DNA from: a virus
Strand: one strand, 5' to 3'
DNA: 64,000 nucleotides
IMG/VR virus record: IMGVR_UViG_3300038829_000269
Span: 522-64,521 of that record
In this document: positions 45,151-55,314 of the stretch, in pieces
How positions within the stretch are numbered: the stretch's first letter is position 1
Layout of the letters: every line of letters begins with the position of its first letter
Position numbers and translations under genes: made by a program
The notes under the pieces: model-generated
Told to the model about the DNA's origin: nothing
Database searches by the model: none
The model's input: only the letters and a program-made list of their open reading frames with translations

Positions 45151-46604
45151 TAGAGGAAGTCCCCCGGGTTGACGAAGCGCGGGTCCGCGTTGTTCGGCGC
45201 GTCGGTGACCAAGCCCGCCGCCTGACCCTGCGTCTTTCGGATCACGTTGAGGTCGCCGGGCTGACGATCGAGCGCCACGCCCTGGTCGTAGATCGAGTTG
45301 ACGCCCTGGACGGGATGCGTCTGATCGAGCAGGTCGATCTCCGCTTCCTGCGCCAGGCACACGCCCTGGTAGTGGTTGGCCGTCACGTTCAGCACCTGGT
45401 AGCGGCGCGTCACGTTCAGGGCCGCCTCGTAGGTGACGTAGTAGGTGACGCCCGGCGCCGGGCGGTTGACCGTGAGCCAGAGGATGCCGCTGCCCACGAT
45501 CGTGACCAGGAAGTCGGCGGCCGGGAACGTGGTCTGGTTCGAGAGGTTGGAGCCCGTGGCGCCCACCAACGTGATGAGGAAGAACCCGGCGTCCGCCCCG
45601 GTCCCAACCGTGAGCGTGGTGCTGAACGCCTGGGGCTGGGCCGCGCGGTTGAACGCCTTGGCCGCGAGCCCGGCGGACAGCCCCGTGGGGAGCAGGACCT
45701 CGACCGGATCGGTCTCACCGCTCGGGGTCTCGGAGTCCGGCGGGAAGAGGGGCGCGCGTTTGCCCAGGACGCGAAGGATGCGCGTGTCCGCGTTCGGAGG
45801 CGCGGTCAGCGCGTTGTCCACCGTGAGTTCGCCGCCGGTCAGCACGAAGTCCAGGCCCTCGACGAAGCTCGCGGCTCCGCCCGTCTTGGGCACGGGGCTG
45901 TAGTTGCCGACCAGGTCGGTGTCCGACCCCGAGGGCGGCTGCGGGTTGAGCAACACGCCGTCCTGGGTCAGGCTGATCTTGATCACGGACCTGGCGTTGA
46001 GCTTGGCCAGCGGGTCGATGTCCCCGCCGCCTCGGACCACGGGCTCGGCCTGGAACCGCATGAGATCGGTGCTCGGGTTTCTGGCCTTGGCCACGATGAA
46101 GTCGCGATCCCGGATCGGGAGGTCGGGCAGTAGGTATAGCGCGGGTTTCTGGCTCAGGGCGATGCCCATCTCCAGGAGCTTGCGCGTGAGAGGGTTCGGG
46201 CCGATGTAGCCCGCCGTCTGCCCGATCATGTCGTAGCCGCCGACGAACCTGGTGCCGAAGCAGATGCGGCATCCGTCCATCGCCTGGTTCGTGTTCGAGT
46301 CGACGCACGCGCAGGGCTGGCCGAATTTCTTCTGCCGGTAGACCAGCATCTCCTCGCCCATCGCCTTGAACACGATCGCCTGCTGGTTGAGGAACTGGTT
46401 GACGACCAGGTCGCGGGCCACCGACTCGTCGGGCTCCAACTGGTAGCGGCCGAGCGGGTTCGGGAAATTGGTCTCCAGGTCCTTGGCCCCGGGCGCGGGC
46501 GGGACGTAGGGGCTCACCGGATCGGGAGTCACCGGATAGAAGCTCTCGCCTCCCTGCGGGCAGGCGGTTCCGGTCGAAAACGTCTTATCCTGTGGCGTGC
46601 TCAT
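45150..46604 (-). CDS. neck/head-closure protein with Zn finger and inserted Ig-like domain
   Basis: Likely start MSTPQDK at 46604; GE..LVY, CAC...CRICFGT.F.GGY, I.DRDFIV, RRYQV. Confidence 0.68.
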   Translation of the reverse strand: MSTPQDKTFSTGTACPQGGESFYPVTPDPVSPYVPPAPGAKDLETNFPNPLGRYQLEPDESVARDLVVNQFLNQQAIVFKAMGEEMLVYRQKKFGQPCACVDSNTNQAMDGCRICFGTRFVGGYDMIGQTAGYIGPNPLTRKLLEMGIALSQKPALYLLPDLPIRDRDFIVAKARNPSTDLMRFQAEPVVRGGGDIDPLAKLNARSVIKISLTQDGVLLNPQPPSGSDTDLVGNYSPVPKTGGAASFVEGLDFVLTGGELTVDNALTAPPNADTRILRVLGKRAPLFPPDSETPSGETDPVEVLLPTGLSAGLAAKAFNRAAQPQAFSTTLTVGTGADAGFFLITLVGATGSNLSNQTTFPAADFLVTIVGSGILWLTVNRPAPGVTYYVTYEAALNVTRRYQVLNVTANHYQGVCLAQEAEIDLLDQTHPVQGVNSIYDQGVALDRQPGDLNVIRKTQGQAAGLVTDAPNNADPRFVNPGDFL

Positions 46605-47422
46605 CGGATTCGATACTGCCTCGGGGCGTAGGTCCTGATCCTGAACGGCATCGTGTTGTTGGCGAAGCCCTCGCCGTGCACGGTCCGCATCGTGAAGTTG
46701 AGCTTGATGCTCTTGATCTCGGCGGCGAACGACGAGTCCTCGGACGAGATCAGGGTGTTGTAGACCCCGGCGCGGTTGATGTTCACGGTCGCGCCGCCGA
46801 TCCCCATCGAGAACTCCTTGGCCGCTTCGAGGCTCGACTGCATCCTGAGCGCGGCGAGCCGCGCGGCGACCAGGACGTAGTTGAACAGGTCCTCGGGCAT
46901 CGAGTCGAAGTTGAAATTCGTGTTCATCGGGATCGAGTTGACGCGGCTCATCCCCATGCGTAGCGCCAGCCACAGGTCGTCGTCAGTCCACCGCTGCGCG
47001 CGGGGGTCGGGCGGCGAGTCCTTGAGCGATCGGCGCAGGTCGTCGACGAACCGGTTCGAGCGCTGCGAGAAGTTGCAGATCGAGATCGACGGTTCGCTCT
47101 CGTTGCCAGACACGTCGACCGACGTGATGAAATAGGTGAAGAACTGCACGTCGCCGCCCGGCTCATAGTCGAGATAGACGAGGGGCGCGACGTTCGGCAC
47201 GTTCGCGAGTTTGCACCCGTTTCGGTAGACGTTGTAGCTCACCACGTCGGGCATCCCGACGGGCGCGACCCACGTCACCTTGATCAAGTTGCGGTTGCGG
47301 TCCGCTCCGCTCGTTGAGTAGATGGCGGCGAGCCCCGTGGGCGGCGTCGGGTGCACCGTGTTCAGCGGGTAGAGGAAGATCAGGTCGAGCGCCGAGTTCG
47401 GGAGCAGGGTCAGGTTAGGCAT
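46601..47422 (-). CDS. head-tail adaptor with N-terminal Fn3 domain
   Basis: PTGL...W.AP...SYNVYRNG...Y.ITSVD..GNES Fn3; then LR..L.D...RWTDD.L adaptor-like helices. Confidence 0.68.
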   Translation of the reverse strand: MPNLTLLPNSALDLIFLYPLNTVHPTPPTGLAAIYSTSGADRNRNLIKVTWVAPVGMPDVVSYNVYRNGCKLANVPNVAPLVYLDYEPGGDVQFFTYFITSVDVSGNESEPSISICNFSQRSNRFVDDLRRSLKDSPPDPRAQRWTDDDLWLALRMGMSRVNSIPMNTNFNFDSMPEDLFNYVLVAARLAALRMQSSLEAAKEFSMGIGGATVNINRAGVYNTLISSEDSSFAAEIKSIKLNFTMRTVHGEGFANNTMPFRIRTYAPRQYRIR

Positions 47423-48089
47423 TTTGCACCCCCACCTTCTGGAAGTCGAAGGTCTCCTTCTCGAACGTGATCGCGAGCGGCACGTTCTCCGGCAGGTTGG
47501 CGGACCAGATGCCGCTCGCGTCGGTCTTCCGGTGGGCGATCAACCGGACCTCGGGGTCGAGCGACATGTCCTCGACCTTGACCGACACGTTCTCGATCAC
47601 CGACCCGTTCTGGGCCTTTACCGTGTGCGTGTGCGGGATCGGGCCGGGGCCGTCGAACACGTTTATCCCGGACAGGACCTGGAGGTTGTTCACCACCTTG
47701 GTCGCGAACCCCGCCTTCTCGATCTTCACGTTGTAGGAGCCGGTGTTCAGATGGAGGTAGGCCGCGCCGTTCACGTCCGTGGTCTGGACCTCGGCGCGAC
47801 CGTTGTCCGCGCCGCCCACCGCGTTGCGGTAGCTGGCGGTGATCGTCACGTCGGGGACCGGCGTGCCCGTGTTCGTCAGGATCAGGAACTTCACGATCTC
47901 GCCCTGGGCGATCGACAGGAAAGTGATCAGCGTGCTCGTGGTCGAGGCCATGTCCGTGGCGTCGACCTCCACGTTGTAGAAGTCCACCGGCTGCGTCGGG
48001 AGCGTCGCGACGTAAGCCTGGAGGAACGAGTCGAACGTCACGACCAGAGGCGTGCCGTTCACCTTGATCACGACGGACTGGATGGACAT
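47415..48089 (-). CDS. virion protein with carboxypeptidase-regulatory-like (prealbumin-fold) repeats
   Basis: GTPV..V.I ... TTD.NG....L..GSY.V.IEK.GF; repeated TD.SG. Confidence 0.6.
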   Translation of the reverse strand: MSIQSVVIKVNGTPLVVTFDSFLQAYVATLPTQPVDFYNVEVDATDMASTTSTLITFLSIAQGEIVKFLILTNTGTPVPDVTITASYRNAVGGADNGRAEVQTTDVNGAAYLHLNTGSYNVKIEKAGFATKVVNNLQVLSGINVFDGPGPIPHTHTVKAQNGSVIENVSVKVEDMSLDPEVRLIAHRKTDASGIWSANLPENVPLAITFEKETFDFQKVGVQNA

Positions 48090-48217
48090 TAGCCCACCAC
48101 CTTGACCTGGACCTGGGCCGTGCCCGGTCCAAAGTCGACCATGCGGATATCGGTGAACACCGGCGCCACAGCGGGCACGAACACGTTGGCCAGCGCGGGC
48201 AGGGACTGGATGATCAT
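48089..48217 (-). CDS. small hypothetical protein (42 aa)
   Basis: Not in the ORF track; TAATG coupling at both ends (MIIQSLPALANVFVPAVAPVFTDIRMVDFGPGTAQVQVKVVG). Confidence 0.5.
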   Translation of the reverse strand: MIIQSLPALANVFVPAVAPVFTDIRMVDFGPGTAQVQVKVVG

Positions 48218-51200
48218 TAGATATTCCCCGCCTGCGTCCCGCCCGTGTAGGCCGAGAAGCCGTTGCACCCGGTGATGTTCCCGGGGGACGCGGTGCTCAC
48301 CGTGATCCCGCCGACGGAGGCGTTGGACGAGTCGCCGATGCAGCCGACGACCGCGACGCCGTGCGCCGTGCTCACGAGGATCGAGCGCGTCTGCGCGTTC
48401 GTATACTGCTTGAACATGCAGCCGCTGATCACCACCATCTCCGGCGAGTTGCTGTTCGCGGGAGGGGCGACCTGGACGATCGCATTGCTGTAGGCCTTAT
48501 TCGATGCGAAGTAGCAGTTCACCAGACGACCCGAGTTGATCTGGAGAAGCTGGGAGAAGGACGCGGCCGTCCCCTCGAAGTAGCAGTCGGTTATCGACCC
48601 GTCGAGGTTGAACGTGTAAGACGAGGCCGTGCCCGCGTCGTAGAAGTCGCAGCCACGGAACTTGTGCTTGCCGAAATCGAAGGTGCTGCTCGGGGTGATG
48701 TCCACCGTCGGGTTACCGACAGCGGTGAACGCGATGAACGTCACGTTGATGAACGTGTGGTTCGATCCCTTCATCACCATGTCCTGCGTCGCGCCCGAGC
48801 CGAAGCGAGTGAGGAATCCGAAGTCCAGGTTCAGGTCCATGAACCCGCAGACGTGCGGGACGGTCCCCGAGTCGGAGATCATGCGCGTGGTTCCCAGGCC
48901 AGTGGTCCCGCGCAGCGTCGTCCCGTAGACGGCGCCGCCCGTGCTCCCGGCCGAGAGACCGGTGTTGAATCCAGTGCTCTTGCCCTGGCCCCGGAGCATG
49001 ACGCCGGACTTCGGGTTGATCGTGGTCGAGATCAGGTAGACGCCCTCGCGCAGGAGCACGACGCCGCCGCCAGCCGCGTTCGCCGTGTTGATCGCGTTCT
49101 GAATGTTCGTCGTGTCAGTCGCGGCCACGCCGGAGGGAGCGGCGACCACTACGGTCGCAGAGTAGCTGCTGCCACCGGCCGGAGTCTGCCAGGTGGCGGC
49201 CGTCGCGCTCGTCGCGGTCAGGACCTGCCCGGTGGTCGGGGGCGCGGCCGTGTTCACCACGACCGACGCGCCGGTCGTCCCGAGTTTTGCAACGGTCGCG
49301 TTCGGTAGGTTGCCGGACAGGTCTCCGCCCAAGGTCGTAGTCGTCTTGATCAGGACAGCGTCGTTCGACAGGTTGGCGGACGAAATCTGGGTGCCGTTCA
49401 CTCGGAACACGCCGCCGTTCGTCGCGTTGATGCTCCCGTTGACCGTGAACTTGTGCGTGGCGTCCGGCGGGCTGTCGATGCCCATATTCCCGGTCGAGCG
49501 TGAGAGGCGGAGGCGGCTGGTCCCGCCGTCCTTGATCCTGATCTCGTCGCTGCTCGGGTCATACTCGAAAGTCGCTTTGATGTCGGTGCCCGGGTTCGTG
49601 CCCGAGGCCAGGGCGAGAGCCGTTCCAGTCCCGTCGGTCGCCGCCAGGTAGAGGACCTGGGTCGAGAACGGGCCGCCGGAACCGATGAACGAGCCGACGA
49701 GCGCGCTGCCCGTCACGGTCAGATTCCCGCCCACGGACAGTTCTCCGCCCGCCTCGCTCACGATCGAGTCGGTGAGCGCGGTTCCCGAGGACCACTTGGG
49801 TAGCTTTCCCGTGGTGCCGGAGCCGTGAACCACGTTCGCGACGCGCGGATCGTTGTCCCCGACCGCGATCGGCGCGGTGGGCGACGCTGGAGCCAGGCTC
49901 AGTGTGACCACGCCCTTCACCGAGTCCGAGGCGTCGAGTGCGGAGAGCGTGTTTCCCGACTTGGCCAGACCCTGGCCCGCGATGATCTGCCCGGCGCCAG
50001 AGAACTGGGCGAAGGTCAGCGGCGTGGTGTCGAGCACGATCGGATCGGGAGTGGTCAGGACGTAGCCGTTTCCAGCCGCGATCGTCCCTTCCTCGACGAA
50101 CGTGAACATCCCGTTCGTCACCTCTCCGCCGCTCGGGGAGTTGTCGGCGTCCGGCGACCGGGTCCAGGAGCCGGAGGACACGTCGTAGAGGCCGTTCTGC
50201 TCAGGGAGCGTCTGGTCCTTGACCAGGATGCGGTTCCCGGCGACGAGCGCCACGCCGTCCACCGTCTGCTCGCCGCTCAGCACGAGGTCGGCGGTGGACG
50301 CGGCGCGCACGCTCTTCTTGATGTCGAGACCCTGGGCCACGCCGTCGACGTAGACCTTGTTCGCGGCGTCGGTGTCCGCGCTCGGCGTTCCGAGCCCGAT
50401 GATCTTGAACGTGTTGAGGTTCAGGTCAGCGTTCATCGCGGTCAAGCCGTCCGACCTGACCAGGGTATTCCCGTCGATCAGTTCGTAGGAGGCGGAGAAC
50501 GATGCGGCCCAGTTGACGCCGTCGAACCGCAGAAGGTTCCCGGGCACGGCCCCGGCCGTGAGCAGCGGGTTGCCCTGGATGTTGGCGATCGTCGGATTGG
50601 GCAGGTTCCCGGTCAGATCGCCGCCAAGCGCGGTGTTCGTCGTGATCAGTAGCGCTGAGTCCGAAAGATTGGTTGACGCGAGTGGCGCTCCGTTCACGCG
50701 GAATCCAACCGTCGCGTTGATCTCACCGTTCGCGTGGATGCGGAATCCAGGGTCCGCGCCGGTCCCGACCCGGAGCGTTCCAGCCGGTCCGAGGAACATC
50801 TGTCCGACGCTCGACGTTCCGCCGATCGGGGTGACCGACCAGTTGAGTGAGGCACCGCGCGCGCTCGGCGTCCAGTTCTCTGCCGCGCTCACTCCCATCC
50901 CGGCGCTGCCCGTGGAGGGAAACGCGACGCCGTCGTGACCGCGTCCGTTGAACACGCCGAGGCTGTCGTTGGCCATAACGGCGGTCGGCGTGGCGCGAGT
51001 CCCGCGCGCGGTCCTCACCGCTATCGCCGCTCCGACCCCTGGCACCGGAGTCCCGTAGAAAATCGAGTTGACGACCGAGGACACGCCCTCGGCCGACACC
51101 CTGATCTGACCATTGGCGTGAATCTGGACCTCTGGATCGGGGATGCCGATGCCCAGGCGCTTGTTCACGTCGTCCCAGACCATGGCCGCGTCCGAGGTCA

Positions 51201-51642
51201 CGGTCTGGGTCCCGGAGAAGAACGGGAGGCGTCCGGTGACGCCCGCGCCCTTGATCAGGGTGCCGCCGTCCGACAGATTGGTCGAGGCCAGAGCCACGCC
51301 GCCCACCATGTAGGAGGCGGCGTCCACGTTCCCGGCCACGAGCAGCGTGACGCCGTCGTCCGACAGAATCGAGTCGCCGAGCGTCGTGGCCCCTGTCCAC
51401 TTCGAGAGCTTACCCGTGGTGCCAGAGCCCGAGACTCCGCCCGCGTCGGCGGCCGGGGCCCAGGACGTGCCGTTAAACTTCAGGACCTGGTTGAGCGTCG
51501 GCGCCGTAGCCGAGACGGGCGTGCCGCGCAGCAAGATGCTCGCCGCGTCGATCAGCGCCAGGTTCTGGTTCATGTCCGCGCCCCACAGATCGAACGTGGG
51601 GTTGATCGGGGGCTGGACCAGGCCGAGATTGGGTGTGGGCAT
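48217..51642 (-). CDS. long fibre protein (head or tail fibre) with C-terminal beta-helix
   Basis: TPNLGL..P...WG..N.N...ID start; repeats GSGTTGKL.KW, LGGDL.GNLPN, DAANK.YVD, RILVKDQT...NG.Y; D...IQ.AIN.A...GGG.V.L..G.Y beta-helix cap. Confidence 0.8.
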   Translation of the reverse strand: MPTPNLGLVQPPINPTFDLWGADMNQNLALIDAASILLRGTPVSATAPTLNQVLKFNGTSWAPAADAGGVSGSGTTGKLSKWTGATTLGDSILSDDGVTLLVAGNVDAASYMVGGVALASTNLSDGGTLIKGAGVTGRLPFFSGTQTVTSDAAMVWDDVNKRLGIGIPDPEVQIHANGQIRVSAEGVSSVVNSIFYGTPVPGVGAAIAVRTARGTRATPTAVMANDSLGVFNGRGHDGVAFPSTGSAGMGVSAAENWTPSARGASLNWSVTPIGGTSSVGQMFLGPAGTLRVGTGADPGFRIHANGEINATVGFRVNGAPLASTNLSDSALLITTNTALGGDLTGNLPNPTIANIQGNPLLTAGAVPGNLLRFDGVNWAASFSASYELIDGNTLVRSDGLTAMNADLNLNTFKIIGLGTPSADTDAANKVYVDGVAQGLDIKKSVRAASTADLVLSGEQTVDGVALVAGNRILVKDQTLPEQNGLYDVSSGSWTRSPDADNSPSGGEVTNGMFTFVEEGTIAAGNGYVLTTPDPIVLDTTPLTFAQFSGAGQIIAGQGLAKSGNTLSALDASDSVKGVVTLSLAPASPTAPIAVGDNDPRVANVVHGSGTTGKLPKWSSGTALTDSIVSEAGGELSVGGNLTVTGSALVGSFIGSGGPFSTQVLYLAATDGTGTALALASGTNPGTDIKATFEYDPSSDEIRIKDGGTSRLRLSRSTGNMGIDSPPDATHKFTVNGSINATNGGVFRVNGTQISSANLSNDAVLIKTTTTLGGDLSGNLPNATVAKLGTTGASVVVNTAAPPTTGQVLTATSATAATWQTPAGGSSYSATVVVAAPSGVAATDTTNIQNAINTANAAGGGVVLLREGVYLISTTINPKSGVMLRGQGKSTGFNTGLSAGSTGGAVYGTTLRGTTGLGTTRMISDSGTVPHVCGFMDLNLDFGFLTRFGSGATQDMVMKGSNHTFINVTFIAFTAVGNPTVDITPSSTFDFGKHKFRGCDFYDAGTASSYTFNLDGSITDCYFEGTAASFSQLLQINSGRLVNCYFASNKAYSNAIVQVAPPANSNSPEMVVISGCMFKQYTNAQTRSILVSTAHGVAVVGCIGDSSNASVGGITVSTASPGNITGCNGFSAYTGGTQAGNI

Positions 51643-51646
51643 CGCG

Positions 51647-51979
51647 CTAAGCTCCCATGACCGTGACGTTCCCGCCCTCGCCGTAGGGGCGAGAGCCGAA
51701 GTCGTTGGGCTCGACGGCGACCAACGTGTAGTGGACGTTCTGGCCCTGGACAGGCTCGTTAAGATCGTCGAACTGGACGGCGGCCGGGCCCAGCACGTTC
51801 TCGTCCGCGATCAGCGTGCCGGGCGGGGTCGGGACCGTGCCCCGGAACAGGCGGTAGCCGATAATCTGGTGACCGGCCTTGTTCGCCAACGAGTAGGGCG
51901 ACCAGGAGACTCGGACGTTGCGCGGGCCGGGGAGCAGGCTCGCGATGACGCCGGGAGGGGCGACGATCTCGTAGGCCAT
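51647..51979 (-). CDS. single Fn3-like domain virion protein
   Basis: V.VSW...IIGYRLFRG...F.D...V.YTLVAVE. Confidence 0.6.
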   Translation of the reverse strand: MAYEIVAPPGVIASLLPGPRNVRVSWSPYSLANKAGHQIIGYRLFRGTVPTPPGTLIADENVLGPAAVQFDDLNEPVQGQNVHYTLVAVEPNDFGSRPYGEGGNVTVMGA

Positions 51980-52497
51980 TACGCTGCCTCCAGGGGAAGC
52001 GCGTCCAGCGCCTCGTAGATGTCGCGCGGCGTCATGGTCGAGAGCGTGAGATAGAGGCGCGTGCCGATCACCTCGACGAGGATCGCGCCCACGAGTTCGG
52101 AGCAGAAGAAACCGTGGCCGTTGCCCATCGGGTTGATCGTCAGGCGTCGGCCGAACAGACGCGCGATCCTCACGATCGCGATACCGAACACGGCCTTCAG
52201 ATCGTAGGGCTGTCCCGCCTTGTCGATCGCGAACTGCATGACCTTGTTCATGGTCTCGTCGCTGACCTGGATCGGGAACTCCTTGATCACCAGCGCTTCG
52301 TCGTCGAACGCGGGGCGCCCCATGAAATTGACCATCGTGTGACTGGCCTGGTAGATCAGGTCGCGATCATATTTCTCGGCCCGCACCCGGATGTAGGTGT
52401 GCGAATAGGGCGTGAACCCGTCGAACGCGCGGATCGCCCAGGAGAAGGGGGCGAAGAAGCGGCGGGGCCGCGAGAAGCCGATGGTCACGGTTCTCAT
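51979..52497 (-). CDS. permuted papain-like (YiiX/YebB, NlpC/P60) amidase
   Basis: Likely start MRTVTIGF at 52497; YSH early, G.PYD, FFCSELV late, TP.D. Confidence 0.8.
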   Translation of the reverse strand: MRTVTIGFSRPRRFFAPFSWAIRAFDGFTPYSHTYIRVRAEKYDRDLIYQASHTMVNFMGRPAFDDEALVIKEFPIQVSDETMNKVMQFAIDKAGQPYDLKAVFGIAIVRIARLFGRRLTINPMGNGHGFFCSELVGAILVEVIGTRLYLTLSTMTPRDIYEALDALPLEAA

Positions 52498-53258
52498 TGG
52501 CGGTAAAGCTCCAGGAACGTGGAGATCGGCATCTTGTGCCCGGCCGGATGGTAGAGCAGGAACCTGATCTTGTTCGTGTGGTAGGTCGCGGAATACTGGA
52601 GCCACTTAGCCGCGCGCCCGTCCGCGTTCACCCCGTCGGCGGCCGGGAGGAACTTGAGGTTTATGTTCTGGACGAAGTGCTTGCTCCCGCCCGCGACCGC
52701 CGGAACGTCGGGGACTCCCACGACCGCGATCCGCACGTCCTCGGTCGGCTGCGTGATGAACTTGAGCTTGCCGCCAGCGATGTAGATGTCGTAGGGCGGC
52801 TCGATGTCGATGATCGTCTTGACGCACTCGGCGTCAGCCACCGCCTGATCGGTGATCAGCGTTCCATCCGCCTTGTAGAGCTTGAGCGTGGCGTCGGCCA
52901 GATCGGAGTTGTCCGCGTCCTTGTTCACGACGCTGGCCAGCGTCGATGTCGCGAACTCCACGCCGCGATATTGGAAGTTCCAGCCGCTGGGCGCGACCTT
53001 CACCCGGCTCATGACCGCGCCGTCAGAGTCGATCTGCGTGGTTCTGCCGTTGAACGTGCTCTTGAGCGCGTCGAACTCGATCTGGGCAGGGCTCGGCGGA
53101 TCGGTCTTGGTCAGGGAGAAGGACCAGAGGAAAGCCCCGTCCTCGGCCGCGAACATCTCGTAGGCCGCAGCCGTCTCATAGTATTGGACTGGCAGAGCCT
53201 TGCGCGTGATGCACACGGACTTGAACTCGGCCCACGACGGGATCGGCATCATCTGCAT
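52494..53258 (-). CDS. hypothetical virion protein
   Basis: 254 aa beta-rich protein in the structural block. Confidence 0.6.
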   Translation of the reverse strand: MQMMPIPSWAEFKSVCITRKALPVQYYETAAAYEMFAAEDGAFLWSFSLTKTDPPSPAQIEFDALKSTFNGRTTQIDSDGAVMSRVKVAPSGWNFQYRGVEFATSTLASVVNKDADNSDLADATLKLYKADGTLITDQAVADAECVKTIIDIEPPYDIYIAGGKLKFITQPTEDVRIAVVGVPDVPAVAGGSKHFVQNINLKFLPAADGVNADGRAAKWLQYSATYHTNKIRFLLYHPAGHKMPISTFLELYRQ

Positions 53259-53259
53259 A

Positions 53260-55014
53260 CTAGACGGCCTCCACCCAGTCGAGAACGAGACCCAGGATGC
53301 GGTTGTTCGCCGACGGGTTGCCGGATATAACGATGTCTTGTCCGGGGTCGAGGATGATGCTCAACTCGTATTCCCGGACCCCGTCTAGCGGGATGTTCGT
53401 GCCGCCGACCCTGATCGTGTCGAAGCGCGTGCCGAGGACAGCGATGGTCGGCCCGGTGAACGCGGTGGCGACCGGAGCCGTGGGGGCCGACCTGAAATAC
53501 TTGGACACGATGGTCGCGGCGATTCCGGCCAACGTCACCGTGGGCCCAACGAAGGCTCTGACCATGATGTCACCGGCCGCCGCCGAGCTAAGGAATAGGG
53601 CCTGGAGCTTATTCAGGCAGAGCCTGCGCCCAGAGCCGACTGGATTCCTGAATAGGAAAGCCGGGTTCTCGGCGCCGCCCACCGCGAGGTTGAACTCTAT
53701 GCTGCACTGGAAAGCGAAGCCGAGTTCAGATCGGCGCGCCACCATCGGAGTCATCATCACGGCGAGAGACTGCGTGCCGAGCACGCTCTCCGACCTCAGG
53801 CTCTGGACGTTGGCCCCGTCGTAGGCGCCGATCACCACGGGCGCCGGGTTCCCGGCCGCGCCGTTCGCGATCGAGCCGTTGACGTTGACCGGCGAGTGGT
53901 CGGAGGCCAGGACGACGGGCGCGGACCCGGCCATCAACTTCTGGCCGAGAGACCCGAGCTTTCCGTCGATCGACGAGAGCGAGGAGTTGGCCGTCGACTG
54001 GAGGGCGGAGGTCGAGGCCCCGGTCGGGAGAGGGAGAGACGCGGCCGAGATCGGCACGACCTCGTCCGAGGCCAGGACGACGGGGACGGACGCGGCCATC
54101 AGCTTCTGGCCGAGCGTAGTGGCCACGCCGCCCCACTCCCCGATGTTGATGCCGGAGCCGATGAACGTGACAGGAATCGCGCTCTGGTCCGAGGCGATGA
54201 CCACGCTCAGCGCGTCCACCGACACGGTCTGCCCCATGCTCAAGGCCTTATAGGAGCCGGACGGGAGCTTGGCGTTGACCGCCGAACGCACGGTCTGCGC
54301 GTAGTTGTTGTCCGTCAGATTCTGGGTCATCGGCCGCGAGATGAGGCCGGTTCCCGTCTTGTGGTAGATCGTCGTGAGCCTGAACGTGGCCTGGTTCACT
54401 GGCCCGTTCGTGTAGACGATGCGGAAGAACTTGGCGCGGACCGACAGGGAGAAGGCGCGCCCCGCCCCGGCGAACACGTCGGAGTTGTCGATCACGTCCA
54501 CGTTCGACCCGTCCGATGACCACTGCGTGCTCAGTCCGCTGACGGCCGACGCCTGGTCGGAGAACAGAGAGAAGACGATGATCGCATAGTCGGTGACGTT
54601 CTCCCACGCGCCGGTGAACGTGGTCCCGGCGGTGAGCGTCGCGACCGACGAGTTGCCGACCGACTGGGTGCCGAACGCGATGTCCGTCTTGATCGGGGAC
54701 TGGTCAGAGGCGATCGTCACGGGCACGGACCCGGCGGCCAACGCCGGGCCGAGCGGAGCCAGCTTTCCGTCGATCGACGCGAGGCTCGCGATCTCCACGC
54801 CCTGGTTCAGCGACGTGGCCGCGCCCGTTGGCAACGGCAGGCTCGCGGCCGACACAGGCTGGGTGACGGCCGATCCATCGACCAGCAGGCGGTCAGCGGC
54901 GAACGTGAACCGGTCGAGGTTCGCGTCGACGGCCAGGACGGAGGAGTCCAGGGCGAGTCCGCCCGTCGTCCCGATGTCCGCCGTGATCCTTGATGGTATT
55001 CCGCTGAAAGCCAT
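53260..55014 (-). CDS. repeat-containing fibre/decoration protein
   Basis: SAASLPLPTGA.T x2, SIDGKL x2, GQ..MA.S.PVV(I/L)ASD x3-4. Confidence 0.68.
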   Translation of the reverse strand: MAFSGIPSRITADIGTTGGLALDSSVLAVDANLDRFTFAADRLLVDGSAVTQPVSAASLPLPTGAATSLNQGVEIASLASIDGKLAPLGPALAAGSVPVTIASDQSPIKTDIAFGTQSVGNSSVATLTAGTTFTGAWENVTDYAIIVFSLFSDQASAVSGLSTQWSSDGSNVDVIDNSDVFAGAGRAFSLSVRAKFFRIVYTNGPVNQATFRLTTIYHKTGTGLISRPMTQNLTDNNYAQTVRSAVNAKLPSGSYKALSMGQTVSVDALSVVIASDQSAIPVTFIGSGINIGEWGGVATTLGQKLMAASVPVVLASDEVVPISAASLPLPTGASTSALQSTANSSLSSIDGKLGSLGQKLMAGSAPVVLASDHSPVNVNGSIANGAAGNPAPVVIGAYDGANVQSLRSESVLGTQSLAVMMTPMVARRSELGFAFQCSIEFNLAVGGAENPAFLFRNPVGSGRRLCLNKLQALFLSSAAAGDIMVRAFVGPTVTLAGIAATIVSKYFRSAPTAPVATAFTGPTIAVLGTRFDTIRVGGTNIPLDGVREYELSIILDPGQDIVISGNPSANNRILGLVLDWVEAV

Positions 55015-55017
55015 TGT

Positions 55018-55314
55018 CTATCCGTTGGCCTGCATCTTGAAGTCGGTAGGCGCCGTGAACGTGACGAACGCCTTCTTCGCGAACTCACCGGTCCAGTCCC
55101 AGGCCCCGGCCGCGACCACCATGCCGCTGCCGGACGGCGTGTTGAACTTTACCGTGATCTCCTGATCGTTCTCGATGTGCACGTCCTTCCGCAGCCCGCC
55201 GAAATCGAACTCCACGTCCGCCGCCGGGGCCTGAACGCCCTCGATCGCGAAGCTGCCGAGCGCCTTGCTCGGCCGAGTCGAGATCACGCCTTCGACTAGG
55301 CGGAACAGGCTCAC
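55018..55314 (-). CDS. small beta-sandwich virion protein
   Basis: 98 aa, coupled ORF. Confidence 0.6.
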   Translation of the reverse strand: MSLFRLVEGVISTRPSKALGSFAIEGVQAPAADVEFDFGGLRKDVHIENDQEITVKFNTPSGSGMVVAAGAWDWTGEFAKKAFVTFTAPTDFKMQANG

